Position numbers and translations under genes: made by a program. A DNA stretch of 64,000 bases from an uncultured Acidobacteriota bacterium (GTDB taxonomy: Bacteria > Acidobacteriota > Terriglobia > Acidiferrales > UBA7541): positions 21,406-85,405 of the forward strand of contig CAWDNV010000023.1 of NCBI GenBank assembly GCA_963803735.1. The letters are read 5' to 3'. The notes under the pieces are model-generated. The model did no database searches and had not been told where the DNA came from. It was given only the letters and a program-made list of their open reading frames with translations. Positions 8,574-17,962 of the stretch are shown here, one piece after another; the stretch's first letter is position 1, and every line of letters starts with the position of its first letter.

Positions 8574-10256
8574 GTGTCCGAATCTCGCCAAGATTCTAAA
8601 ATCTTGCAAAATAAAAAGAAGAGATCGCAGAAAAGTGCCGAGCTGAGCAGGAGATCATTGCTGAAGAATGTAGCCGGAGCCGCTCTCGGCGCGGCCGCAA
8701 TGAGCCTCACCGGCGTGAAGGGGGCTCGCGCACAGGTCACCGGTCTTTATACTTCGAGTGAGCCGCCCGAGATTCCCCTGGCAATGGGCGCTCTTACCTA
8801 CCTGGATCGCAAGCAATACATCCACAACATGGAAATTCACGCACACCTTCCCGGGGTGACGATTACTGGCGGCGAGCCGCTGTGCGTCATGTGGGCGCGA
8901 GGCAAGCAGCGATTGCTACCTGGCGGAGCCGGTTTTGTGGATATCAGCGACGCCAAAAATCCGACTGTCTTGAACAAGGGCGTCACTCAGAGTTCCTTCG
9001 CCGCTGTGGCCTACAACACCAAACTCAAAAAGTGGATCATGATGGTGACCGCGGCGCAGCCGCTCACAATGGAAGTTCCCGAATATCCGCACGGCCAATA
9101 TGACAAGGAATTGCGCGACAAAATCCTTGCGTACAAGGGCCTCCGAGGCATTCGCAACTACGACGTCACCGACCCTCGCAATCCCAAGCTTCTGCAGGAA
9201 TACAACACCGGTGTGAAGGGCAACGGCACGCATCACAATTTCTATGACGGCGGCCAGTATGCTTACCTCGATTGCGGCTGGGATGATCAGTTGCGCCTGG
9301 AGAATCTCGAACGGCCCTATAGCAATGGCTTGATGATTGTCGATATGTCCGATCCCGCCAACGTAAAAGAGGTGTCGAAATGGTGGGTGCCGGGGCAACG
9401 GTTAGGCGAGGAGGCGGAATACAAAAAATATCGGTTCGCCGGCGACCACACCTCTTGGACGGGTAACCATGGGGCAATAAGCGTCCCCAAGCGCGTGGAA
9501 GACGGCGGCACGGTTGGCTACGGCGGCTTTGGCGCTTTCGGCATGTACGCTTTGGATTTATCCGATATCAAGCACCCCAAGCCTTATGGGCATGTGCAGT
9601 ACGAATTCGATACGTTCGGCACGATTCCGTTCCACACCTGCCTGCCTATCACTGCCGATGCGGCACACCCGCGGCTGCAAAATCTCGTTGTGGCCGCGCA
9701 TGAGTCTGTGGAAGCCGACTGCCGCGAGAATTACCATACTCCCTATGTCATCGATGTGAAGGACCCGCGCAATCCAAAGATCATCGGCTTGTTTCCTCGC
9801 CCCGCGGCTCCCCCAGACGCTCCGTACACGGATTTCTGCTTCGCGCGCGGGCGATTCGGTTCGCACAACACACAGTGCTGGCTGCAGCCTGGCGCCGCCA
9901 AGCCAAATATCGTCGCGATGACTTGGTTCAATGCGGGCCTGCGCCTTTTTGATATTTCCGATCCCACCGCTCCGAAAGAGGTCGCCTGGTTTGTGCCGCC
10001 GCGCGATGGCGAGATCGACAAGTACATAAGCTGGTGGCGTGGGACCACGGAGAACGTCTTTATCGAGTGGGATCGAAACCTCATCTGGATCGGCACGCAC
10101 GAAGGCACCTATTGCCTTTCCTCCCCAGCCCTAGGCAAGCCGGTGCTCGAACCTACAAAGGTCCAGAAGTGGTCGATTCCATTCTGCAATGTGGGCTGGG
10201 ATGATCAAACCCCCACCACTTTTTACTTCGGAAGAGGACTGAGCCGGATGGGCTGA
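8574..10256 (+). CDS. Tat-exported LVIVD-repeat beta-propeller protein.
   Basis: Twin-arginine motif SRRSLLK followed by a hydrophobic stretch and ARA. Six repeats of the LVIVD type (e.g. MIVDMSDPANVKEV, VIDVKDPRNPKIIG, RLFDISDPTAPKEV). Confidence 0.8.
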   Translation: MSESRQDSKILQNKKKRSQKSAELSRRSLLKNVAGAALGAAAMSLTGVKGARAQVTGLYTSSEPPEIPLAMGALTYLDRKQYIHNMEIHAHLPGVTITGGEPLCVMWARGKQRLLPGGAGFVDISDAKNPTVLNKGVTQSSFAAVAYNTKLKKWIMMVTAAQPLTMEVPEYPHGQYDKELRDKILAYKGLRGIRNYDVTDPRNPKLLQEYNTGVKGNGTHHNFYDGGQYAYLDCGWDDQLRLENLERPYSNGLMIVDMSDPANVKEVSKWWVPGQRLGEEAEYKKYRFAGDHTSWTGNHGAISVPKRVEDGGTVGYGGFGAFGMYALDLSDIKHPKPYGHVQYEFDTFGTIPFHTCLPITADAAHPRLQNLVVAAHESVEADCRENYHTPYVIDVKDPRNPKIIGLFPRPAAPPDAPYTDFCFARGRFGSHNTQCWLQPGAAKPNIVAMTWFNAGLRLFDISDPTAPKEVAWFVPPRDGEIDKYISWWRGTTENVFIEWDRNLIWIGTHEGTYCLSSPALGKPVLEPTKVQKWSIPFCNVGWDDQTPTTFYFGRGLSRMG

Positions 10257-10482
10257 AGCCCTCATGGCATCATGGTTTGAGGCTCACCGCATCCTAAGGC
10301 GTCAGCTTTGAGCATGGCGTCGAAGCCACTGATCCGGCCAGGTGAAACCGCGAGAGGGAAGCAGGCGGCGCTTTAGGGCCGCTATACGTTCCCTAAAGGG
10401 TGTCTTTCCATGCACCATGGAGCATCGAATGGTGGAGTACCTTAGTGCCGGTCCGTAAAATCATTTAGGGTTCAGGTCAAGA

Positions 10483-10872
10483 ATGATCCGAGTTCTGGTT
10501 GTCGATGATAACCACGAGTTCCGTTCGGCCGTTCGAGATTTGCTCGAAGGCGACCTGCAGATTCGAGTGGTCGGAGAAGCCTGCGACGGCGTTCAGGCCA
10601 TCAGTCTGACGGCGCATCTGCAGCCGGATCTGATTTTAATGGATATTGCCATGCCGCTCATGAACGGCTTGGAGGCTACTTCCGCCATTCGTGAGAGGTG
10701 GCCGAAGGTCATCGTCATACTTGTGACGGCAATCCCGAGCAATTCTTACCAGCAAATTTCAGATCGCTGCGGCGCCAACGCTTTTTTGCCCAAGGAAGAG
10801 ATGGGCTCGCGTCTGATTTCCACGATGCATCGCCTCGCCTGCGCACCCTTGCCTGGTCAAGCACCGGCTTAA
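10483..10872 (+). CDS. Stand-alone response regulator receiver domain (CheY-like).
   Basis: VLVVDDN ... DLILMDIAMPLMNGLE receiver motifs and no output domain. Confidence 0.85.
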   Translation: MIRVLVVDDNHEFRSAVRDLLEGDLQIRVVGEACDGVQAISLTAHLQPDLILMDIAMPLMNGLEATSAIRERWPKVIVILVTAIPSNSYQQISDRCGANAFLPKEEMGSRLISTMHRLACAPLPGQAPA

Positions 10873-11053
10873 TTAGCGCCAGACCTTCGGCTGTTTACCA
10901 GACACAAGCCTTTGCCGCATCTGCTTGAGTGCATACGGCGATACCTTCTATGTAGCTAAGGGTTCTAGTTCGCGCATATACGGAAATCGCAATTGTCCCG
11001 GGAAGCGCTCTGCACTATCTCAAGAAGTGACGACCCCTGACTTGCAGTACCTA

Positions 11054-11089
11054 GCCCCACCGTCCCCCCTAAAGCCGGTGGGGCTTTTT
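11054..11089 (+). terminator. Intrinsic terminator.
   Basis: 9-bp GC stem (GCCCCACCG / CGGTGGGGC), 13-nt loop, then TTTTT. Confidence 0.55.
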
Positions 11090-11133
11090 CTATCTACCTG
11101 ATTTTTCTCGATACCTAAAATCCACCGGCGGGA

Positions 11134-12312
11134 TTAGATCACTGCGTCTTGCCGGAACTGCTGGATCTGCTGCGGTGTGTATCCGAGCTCGGTGAGGATC
11201 GCGTCTGTATCCTGGCCGAGGTCTGGAATTTCGTCCATCCGAGGCTGTACGCCATCGAGATCGATGGGAGGCAACAAGGCTTGCAAGGAGCCTGCCGGCG
11301 AAGCGACATTGCGCGCACGGCCTCTCCCGGTATGCTGCGGGTGCGCCAGCAAATCCTGTACCGAATTCGTGTGCGAGTGAGCGATGCCCGCGCGCTCAAG
11401 ACGCTCGCGAGCCTCCTCCAGAGTTAAGGTCCGAAAAATCTCGGCGATCATGGTTCGCAGCGCCTTACGATTTTCGGAACGCTTCGAATTGCTATCGAAG
11501 CGGGGGTCGGCCGCGATTTCCCGGTTTAAGAGCACAGAGACGCAGAATTGCCGCCACTCTCGTTCATTCTGAATGCCGATGTTGATCTGCTTTCCATCGC
11601 CCGTATAGTAAGGCCCGTAGGGAGCGATAGATGCGTGTTCTGCCCCAGTTCTCGATGGGGGCGTGCCGCCATAGACTGCGTAGTACGCCGCCGGCAAAAC
11701 CCATTCGCTCAGGGAGTCGAACAGCGACACCTGCACGACGCCTCCCCGGCCCGTCCTCTCGCGCCTATAGAGCGCCATCAGAATGCCGCTGAACGCGTAC
11801 ATGCCGGCCGCGATATCAGCTACCGAGATTCCTGCCTTGCTTGGCGTCTCCGGCGTTCCCGTGATCGAAACGAGACCTGTCTCGAACTGTACCAGGAGGT
11901 CGTAAGCTTTCTTGTTTTTGTAGGGGCCATCCGATCCGTAGCCGCTTATCTCGCATACGATCAGCCTCGGATTCCTGGCCAGCATGGCTTGGCTTTTCAG
12001 GCCGGCGCGGTCCGCGGCTCCGGGCGCCAGATTGTGTATGAAGACGTCGCAGTCTGCGGTGAGTTTCTCTATGATCTCTGCGGCTTCCGGTCGTTTGAAG
12101 TCCAGAGTAAGGCTTTGCTTCGAGCGATTCAGCCAGACGAACCAGCTCGACAGCCCGCGTACTTTGTGGTCGTAATCACGCGCAAAGTCCCCTTCTTCGC
12201 GGCGCTCTATCTTTATGACTCGAGCGCCATAGTCTGCTAATTGGCGCGAGGCAAACGGGCCCGCTACGGCCTGCTCCACGGAGACGATTTTGAGGCCTTC
12301 GAGCGGTAGCAT
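11134..12312 (-). CDS. Family III CoA-transferase (CaiB/BaiF type).
   Basis: N-terminal LEGLKIVSVEQAVAGPFASRQLADYGARVIKIE motif typical of the family. Confidence 0.9.
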   Translation of the reverse strand: MLPLEGLKIVSVEQAVAGPFASRQLADYGARVIKIERREEGDFARDYDHKVRGLSSWFVWLNRSKQSLTLDFKRPEAAEIIEKLTADCDVFIHNLAPGAADRAGLKSQAMLARNPRLIVCEISGYGSDGPYKNKKAYDLLVQFETGLVSITGTPETPSKAGISVADIAAGMYAFSGILMALYRRERTGRGGVVQVSLFDSLSEWVLPAAYYAVYGGTPPSRTGAEHASIAPYGPYYTGDGKQINIGIQNEREWRQFCVSVLLNREIAADPRFDSNSKRSENRKALRTMIAEIFRTLTLEEARERLERAGIAHSHTNSVQDLLAHPQHTGRGRARNVASPAGSLQALLPPIDLDGVQPRMDEIPDLGQDTDAILTELGYTPQQIQQFRQDAVI

Positions 12313-12502
12313 TAAGGATTAGAGTTTCGCAAAGGGCGAACTGCCACCAGGGTTGCGACGAGGGGGTTCAACGACGTGGTTCTGATTTCATAGGCATTGG
12401 TCTCCATGTATCAATCGTACTACGAAAATGTGTTGTGGATACGCGCGTAGACGCAAGCGCGAATTCTAACGGAGCTGCCTGGATTGCGTGTGGTGTCGTT
12501 GT

Positions 12503-13165
12503 TTATGCGGCGATGATGTGATTTCGGATGGCGTAGCGGACCAACTCAGTCACCGAGTGGCAATCGAGCTTGCGCATGATGTTGGCGCGGTGCGTTTCCG
12601 CAGTCTTCACGCTCAGTCCCAATACCGCGGCCACTTCCTTGCTGCTTTTTCCCTCGGCCAGTAGCTGTACGATTTCCCGCTGCCTGCTGGTGAGCCGCAG
12701 ACTTTCGGGCTCTTCCTCGGTTTCTTTTTCCTTGGGGCTTTTGTCCAGATAGCCTTCCAGCACCATCTGACTGACCTTGGGGGTGAAGAAGGTCTTATTC
12801 CGGCGCAAGGCGTCGATTGCCGATACGAGGTCGCGTCCTGCATCCGATTTGAGCAGATATCCGCGTGCTCCGGCCTGAAGCACCTGCTGAATCAGTGGAT
12901 CGGAGTCGTACATGGTGAGCACGAGCACTTTTGTGTTCGGCACAGTCTTAACGATTTGCCGCACAGCTTCCAGTCCGTTCAGCGAGGGCATGGCAATGTC
13001 GATGACGACAACGTCGGGCTTCAGTTTGGTCGCCTTTTCCACGGCGTCGCGGCCGTCGACAGCTTCGGCGACAACCTCCCATCCGCTTTGTTCCTCTAAT
13101 AAAGCGCGGAGACCGGCTCGCACGACTTCGTGATCGTCCGCCAAGAGGATTCTAAAAGGTGCCAT
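12503..13165 (-). CDS. NarL/FixJ-type response regulator (receiver plus LuxR HTH).
   Basis: ILLADDHEVVR ... DVVVIDIAMPSLNG receiver. C-terminal LTSRQREIVQLLAEGKSSKEVAAVLGLSVKTAETHR. Confidence 0.9.
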   Translation of the reverse strand: MAPFRILLADDHEVVRAGLRALLEEQSGWEVVAEAVDGRDAVEKATKLKPDVVVIDIAMPSLNGLEAVRQIVKTVPNTKVLVLTMYDSDPLIQQVLQAGARGYLLKSDAGRDLVSAIDALRRNKTFFTPKVSQMVLEGYLDKSPKEKETEEEPESLRLTSRQREIVQLLAEGKSSKEVAAVLGLSVKTAETHRANIMRKLDCHSVTELVRYAIRNHIIAA

Positions 13166-13442
13166 GTGACCTCACCTCCGATTCATGCGTACTGCGTCCT
13201 CTGCACTTACAACACGGAATCTCGCGGTGCAGAGACATTCTGGCGCGCCCCACCCAGTATGGGCCCAGTGAGGTAGACAATAAGCGGTAGCGCAAAGCGC
13301 TGGCAATACGGGATTTAACTCAGGAAGCCCCTAAGGAATCCGTAGCTATCACGGCGAACTTACGGCGTTAACCCTATGTTTACCTATAATTACAGGTCAA
13401 ACGCATAACTAAAACGGTTCGCAGCAAAACGATGCTGCCCCG

Positions 13443-14327
13443 TCAGGGCTTTGCTGTTCCCACAGCGGCATCCCTGATTTTGTCGTTGAAGTGCTCTTCT
13501 TCCGACGGTACGCAGAGTTCTTCGAAGATTGCTGCTTTTGCCCGGACGAACGTGATCGTCTCGCCGACCCATGGCGCCGTATAAGCCTTGGGATCGGTGA
13601 TTGTTTCGTCCAGCGTCAACGTGTCGGCGTCAGGGTGGCGCCAGCGTTCCACAAGCACCATCTGCTCGCTATGAGGATTGCCAAAATGATCGAGCCAAGT
13701 CCTGTCGTCATAACCGGTCGAAGTAACGACGAAGGTATCGCCTTCCCATTTTCCCACGGAGTAGCCCATCCAGGCGGCATCCGGGTCCTTTGGCAGTCCT
13801 CGCCCATCGGTCCAGACCGTACGCCATATGTCGTGATACTGCATGTGTATCAAGAGCCTGTCGGAAGCCTGGACGATCTCAAACGGCCGCAGGTTCGCCT
13901 CATATAAGTCACGGGGATAGCCCATGGGGTCGCAGGTGGAAACAGCGTCATTCCCCAAACCCGGAGGTACGGACCGCGGACCGTAGCTGGGCTTGGTCGC
14001 CTCGAATTTTGCTTTGGCCCAGTCTGTCATCGGGGGAGGATAAGTCTGGGACCTCATCTGGTCCGGAATGCTCTTATCCTTTATGTCCAGCCACTTGTCG
14101 TTAAGCGCGTGCCTCTCGAAATAACCCGCCCGGGTAGGGGAGGACCAAACGCCCCCGAAATCGTGTGAATTGTAAGGCTTCGGCTTTGACAAGTCCTTTG
14201 GTAACTCCTCGGGTTTCCATGCCCCTGGAGAGTATCCCTTTGTGCCGTAGGTCTGAGCAAACGTGACGGCCGAGAATGCCAGCATCATCGCGAATGTCGC
14301 GAGCAGATTCATGAAGCGATTTCGCAT
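13443..14327 (-). CDS. Exported protein of unknown function, partner of the DUF6152-like protein (paralog P1).
   Basis: Likely start MRNRFMNLLATFAMMLAFSAVTFA (signal peptide) inside the longer 13443..14576 ORF, preceded by AAGGAG. Shares the motifs C.P.G.PR, GKWEGDTFVV, NPHS, ERW and DPK.YT.PW with 27335..28168 and 30254..31189. The start coordinate is good to plus or minus 1 nt. Confidence 0.75.
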   Translation of the reverse strand: MRNRFMNLLATFAMMLAFSAVTFAQTYGTKGYSPGAWKPEELPKDLSKPKPYNSHDFGGVWSSPTRAGYFERHALNDKWLDIKDKSIPDQMRSQTYPPPMTDWAKAKFEATKPSYGPRSVPPGLGNDAVSTCDPMGYPRDLYEANLRPFEIVQASDRLLIHMQYHDIWRTVWTDGRGLPKDPDAAWMGYSVGKWEGDTFVVTSTGYDDRTWLDHFGNPHSEQMVLVERWRHPDADTLTLDETITDPKAYTAPWVGETITFVRAKAAIFEELCVPSEEEHFNDKIRDAAVGTAKP

Positions 14328-14356
14328 TTCACAACTCCTTTGTGAGTAGGGTCCGA

Positions 14357-14782
14357 TTACTGGCCAGGCTCGTCTGTCAGTTTGGCGCCGTTGCCCTTGC
14401 GGCCCCTCTCCGGCAGAGTCCGTCCGTCGGCGGTCGTAAACTCCTGTAGCTCGATACGCGGAGCGCCGGATTTTGCGGGGTGGCCGGAAATCGTGATCTT
14501 GTCGCCAGGCTTCAAAATATCCTTGCTTAAGCCAGACATGGAGAGCGCGTGAGGATTCCCAAGTTCCGCGCCCCAATGCTCTACGTTACCTTTATCGTCG
14601 GTAACGTCGAACAGAATACCGCAGTGGGGATTCGCCCAAATCCATTCGGTTACGGTCCCCTTCAGGTTGACCGTCTTTTCCGTGTCGTAGGCTACTCCCG
14701 TTCCGTGGTGTGCGAAGAGCGGGCTGCCGGCGAGAAGAAGGCCGGCGATTAAACCCAAATGTACTAGGGATTTAAGCTTCAT
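14357..14782 (-). CDS. DUF6152-like small exported protein (copy 1).
   Basis: Signal peptide ending PLFA, then HHGTG. Shares the KGTV..WI.ANPH....DVTDDKGNV.HW core with 31248..31694. Confidence 0.75.
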   Translation of the reverse strand: MKLKSLVHLGLIAGLLLAGSPLFAHHGTGVAYDTEKTVNLKGTVTEWIWANPHCGILFDVTDDKGNVEHWGAELGNPHALSMSGLSKDILKPGDKITISGHPAKSGAPRIELQEFTTADGRTLPERGRKGNGAKLTDEPGQ

Positions 14783-14984
14783 TTATGAGTTCCTCCGGGC
14801 CGTACGGACACTATGACGCTGCCGAAAGACCCATCGTTACACGCTATTAGCACAGAATGATTGACCGAAGCAATAACAACCGGCATACGCAGGATCGCCC
14901 CGCTCATTTACCTCATTTGCTCGATGGATTCCTGATGGGTGCAAACCGAAACTGCAGGGAGATTGCACGGAAGGAGAAACTAAA

Positions 14985-15185
14985 ATGCCGAGACGTCGTC
15001 GAAGTTCCGCGCAGATAGGCACCGCAGGTTTCACCCCCCTGGATGTCCCTGTGGAAAGCTCTGTCGAGGATCTTGATCCAGACCCCCTAACGGGAAGGGT
15101 GGCTGCCCAAGATGAGGAGCTCGAAGAAGGGCCCCGAACCAAAGGACGGACCAAAAAGGGCGGGACGACTACAGACCGCAAGTAG
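14985..15185 (+). CDS. Possible 66-aa highly charged small protein.
   Basis: Strong RBS context (GGAAGGAGAAACTAAAATG). No hydrophobic segment. Convergent with the TOBE regulator. Coding status unproven. Confidence 0.3.
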   Translation: MPRRRRSSAQIGTAGFTPLDVPVESSVEDLDPDPLTGRVAAQDEELEEGPRTKGRTKKGGTTTDRK

Positions 15186-15190
15186 CCGGC

Positions 15191-15604
15191 TCATACCCGA
15201 AGAATCATTACCTCGGTCGATTTGATTAAGGCGGCGACGGTCTGTCCCTTCTGAAGGCGCATCTCGCGAACTGCGTCCGCAGTGATGATGGACGTAATTC
15301 GCTGACCACCGATCGAGAGCGTCACCTGGGCCATCAATCCCTGGGTTTTGATATCCGTGACGCGGCCGATCAGCTGGTTTCTTCCGCTGACTTTGCGGAA
15401 GTTGTTCCGCCGTTCGCGGACGTCGCCGGTCTCCGACGCGTGATACAAAAACTTGTCGATCTGTTGCTCGGGGACGCGATGATGGCCGCCGGCAGTCTTG
15501 ACCGTTCGAATCTTCCCTTTATAGATCCACTGTTTGAGTGTCGGATAGCTGATGCCCAGCACCTGGGCGGCTTCACGAGGCGAGAATAGCTTTGCTGCTT
15601 GCAT
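15191..15604 (-). CDS. HTH (excisionase/MerR-like) plus TOBE-domain regulator, ModE-like.
   Basis: N-terminal LFSPREAAQVLGISYPTLKQWIYKGKI HTH. C-terminal TOBE fold (NQLIGRVTDIKTQGLMAQVTLSIGGQRITSIIT). Confidence 0.8.
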   Translation of the reverse strand: MQAAKLFSPREAAQVLGISYPTLKQWIYKGKIRTVKTAGGHHRVPEQQIDKFLYHASETGDVRERRNNFRKVSGRNQLIGRVTDIKTQGLMAQVTLSIGGQRITSIITADAVREMRLQKGQTVAALIKSTEVMILRV

Positions 15605-15672
15605 CGATCGTGGTCTTTGCGAATTCCTAAGAGAGATATGCCGCTTAGCCGGTCACTTTGGCCGCAAGTAAC

Positions 15673-16959
15673 TCAAGCCGATTGCAACATCACGCTTTCA
15701 AGGGCTGCTCGTAGTTTATCGATGTCAGGCTCGACATGCAGTCTTTGCTGAGCCAATTCGCGCTCACTGCGCCGCTTTATCGCGATCTCCGGATCCTTAA
15801 GCTGGTGACCGGTCAAGACGGCGACCACGTCCGCCCCGTCTTCAATCTTGCCGGACTGCACCAGTTTCTGAATGCCCGCTACGGAAGCCGCGGAGGCCGG
15901 TTCGCATCCCACACCATCTTTGGCCAATGCGGCCTTGGCTTCGAAGATCTGTTCGTCACTAACGGACTCGCACAAGCCGTCGGTTAAACGAATGGCACGA
16001 AGAGCTTTCTTCCAGTTCACCGGATTACCAATGCGGATAGCGGACGCCTCCGTGCGCGGCTGAACTGGGACGATTTCGTCCGCGCCGCTGGAGATCATCG
16101 TGAAAAACGGGCTGGCGCCTTCGGCTTGCACTACGACGAGCCGTGGAAGCTTATCAATCACGCCAAGTTGCCGGAGTTCCTGCAGGCCTTTGCCTACCGA
16201 GGAAACATTTCCCAGATTTCCGCCCGGGAGAACCAAATAGTCGGGCACGCGCCAGTCCCGTTGCTCAAGGATCTCGCAAACGATGGTTTTTTGGCCTTCG
16301 AGACGGAATGGATTCAGCGAATTCACGAGGTAAAGACCGAGCTCGTCTGTGAGCTCGCGAAGCATCTGAAAAGCTTGATCGAAGTTGTCACCCATCTCGA
16401 TGACCACAGCGCCAAATTCGAGAGCTTGCGCCAATTTGGCGGTAGAGATCTTCCCGAAGGGAACAAAGACCACGGCCTTCATTCCGGCGCGTGCGGCGTA
16501 GGCCGCCATGGATGCGGAAGTATTGCCAGTGGAGGCGCAAGCGGTCACTCGGCTGCCAAGAATTGCGGCTTGAGTAATGCAGGCCGTCATGCCCAAATCC
16601 TTGAACGAGCCTGTGGGATTATTTCCCTGATGCTTAATCGAAAGCTGCACGCCCGCCCATTCGCCGGTGCGATTCACTTCTATTAGCGGTGTGCGGCCTT
16701 CGGAGAGACTGATGACGTCGGTCCCGGCAGGCACAAAGGGCAGTAGCTCGCGAAAGCGCCAGACGCCGCTCTGGTCGGTGATGGCGCCGCTCATTTTGCG
16801 TTGCTGCCATAGCGTTGATAGCGGCTTAGGATCGATTCCGGAGAAATCGTATCGAACATCCAGCAGCGCGCCACATGCGGAGCACAAATGCTCTCTGGCG
16901 TCCAGCGGATAGCGCCGTTCGCAGCCTTGCTCGATGCATTGTAGGAAAGCAGAAGTCAT
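15673..16959 (-). CDS. thrC: Threonine synthase.
   Basis: N-terminal zinc-ribbon (CIEQGCERRY...CSACG), PLP lysine motif (NPTGSFKDLG) and full-length PLP fold II. Start chosen at MTSAFLQC. Confidence 0.9.
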   Translation of the reverse strand: MTSAFLQCIEQGCERRYPLDAREHLCSACGALLDVRYDFSGIDPKPLSTLWQQRKMSGAITDQSGVWRFRELLPFVPAGTDVISLSEGRTPLIEVNRTGEWAGVQLSIKHQGNNPTGSFKDLGMTACITQAAILGSRVTACASTGNTSASMAAYAARAGMKAVVFVPFGKISTAKLAQALEFGAVVIEMGDNFDQAFQMLRELTDELGLYLVNSLNPFRLEGQKTIVCEILEQRDWRVPDYLVLPGGNLGNVSSVGKGLQELRQLGVIDKLPRLVVVQAEGASPFFTMISSGADEIVPVQPRTEASAIRIGNPVNWKKALRAIRLTDGLCESVSDEQIFEAKAALAKDGVGCEPASAASVAGIQKLVQSGKIEDGADVVAVLTGHQLKDPEIAIKRRSERELAQQRLHVEPDIDKLRAALESVMLQSA

Positions 16960-17104
16960 GGATTCGCGCAGTTCGTGATCCTCTCGCGGCGCTTTCTTCG
17001 CGTGCACACACGCTTAGAGCGCGCAGCGGTCTGAAGATTATACGCGGCACACCGAAAACGGCAAAACACCCATAAAAATCAATAGCACGTAGACAGCAAG
17101 CAGG

Positions 17105-17962
17105 CTACGAAGCGCCAGGGGCCGGGGCGGCGACGTAACACCCGAGGATGCGCACTTCTCTGGTGCGCTGTCGCAAGTCGTCAAGCGCCGCCTTTGTCGC
17201 GGGCGCCTGGGGCGCAGCCATCAAATCGAGATAAAAGCAATATTCGAATGGATGACCCACGATTGGGCGGCTTTCGATTTTGACGAGGTTAATGTGGTGC
17301 TCTGCGATCGGCTGCAAAGCCTGATGCAAAGCGCCCGGCTGATGCAGCAGGAAAACTACCAATGAAATCTTGTTGGCTCCCGAGGGAATACCGGGCTCAG
17401 AAGAGAGAAGAACAAAGCGGGTGTAATTCTCGCGATGATCCTCGAGATGGGATTGCAGGATGCAGCCGCCATAAATCTCCGCCGCGCGACGGCTCGCAAT
17501 CGCCGCCCGCTGGGGATCACCCGCGCGCACAACTTCACGAACGCTTCCGCCCGTGTCTTCGGCGGCTACCCTCGTGATTGTGGGATGTGCCTCGAAAAAG
17601 CGCGTGCACTGTGCCAGGGCTACCGGGTGCGATTGTACGAACCGCACGTGATCGATGGTCGCGCCGGGCGGGCCGATCAAGTTGTGGGAAATCGGCAGGA
17701 TCACTTCCGCGACGATATTGAGTGTGCTTTTGAGCAACAGGTCGTAACACCGATATACCGAACCGGCCAGGCTATTTTCGACTGGCGCGAGAATGAGGTC
17801 GGCCGCGCCATCCGCGATCGCGGCAAACATGGCTTCGAATGTAGCGCGGGGAACAGTTTCGATTTGCCCGCCAAGGAGCTTGACGGCAGCCTCTTCGCTG
17901 AAAGCGCCTGGCTCTCCTTGGAACGCCACGCGACGTTTTGCTGGGAATTCCGTCAAAGACAC
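17105..17962 (-). CDS. pheA: Prephenate dehydratase.
   Basis: VAFQGEPGAFSEEAA N-terminus, PDT domain and C-terminal ACT domain (KISLVVFLLHQPGALHQAL, ESRP). Confidence 0.9.
   Translation of the reverse strand: MSLTEFPAKRRVAFQGEPGAFSEEAAVKLLGGQIETVPRATFEAMFAAIADGAADLILAPVENSLAGSVYRCYDLLLKSTLNIVAEVILPISHNLIGPPGATIDHVRFVQSHPVALAQCTRFFEAHPTITRVAAEDTGGSVREVVRAGDPQRAAIASRRAAEIYGGCILQSHLEDHRENYTRFVLLSSEPGIPSGANKISLVVFLLHQPGALHQALQPIAEHHINLVKIESRPIVGHPFEYCFYLDLMAAPQAPATKAALDDLRQRTREVRILGCYVAAPAPGAS

Noticed and set aside
14837-15181. 114-aa minus-strand ORF.
   Set aside because: It has a Ser/Pro/Arg-rich low-complexity product and no RBS. The plus-strand 66-aa ORF has a far better initiation context, although that one is only tentative too.
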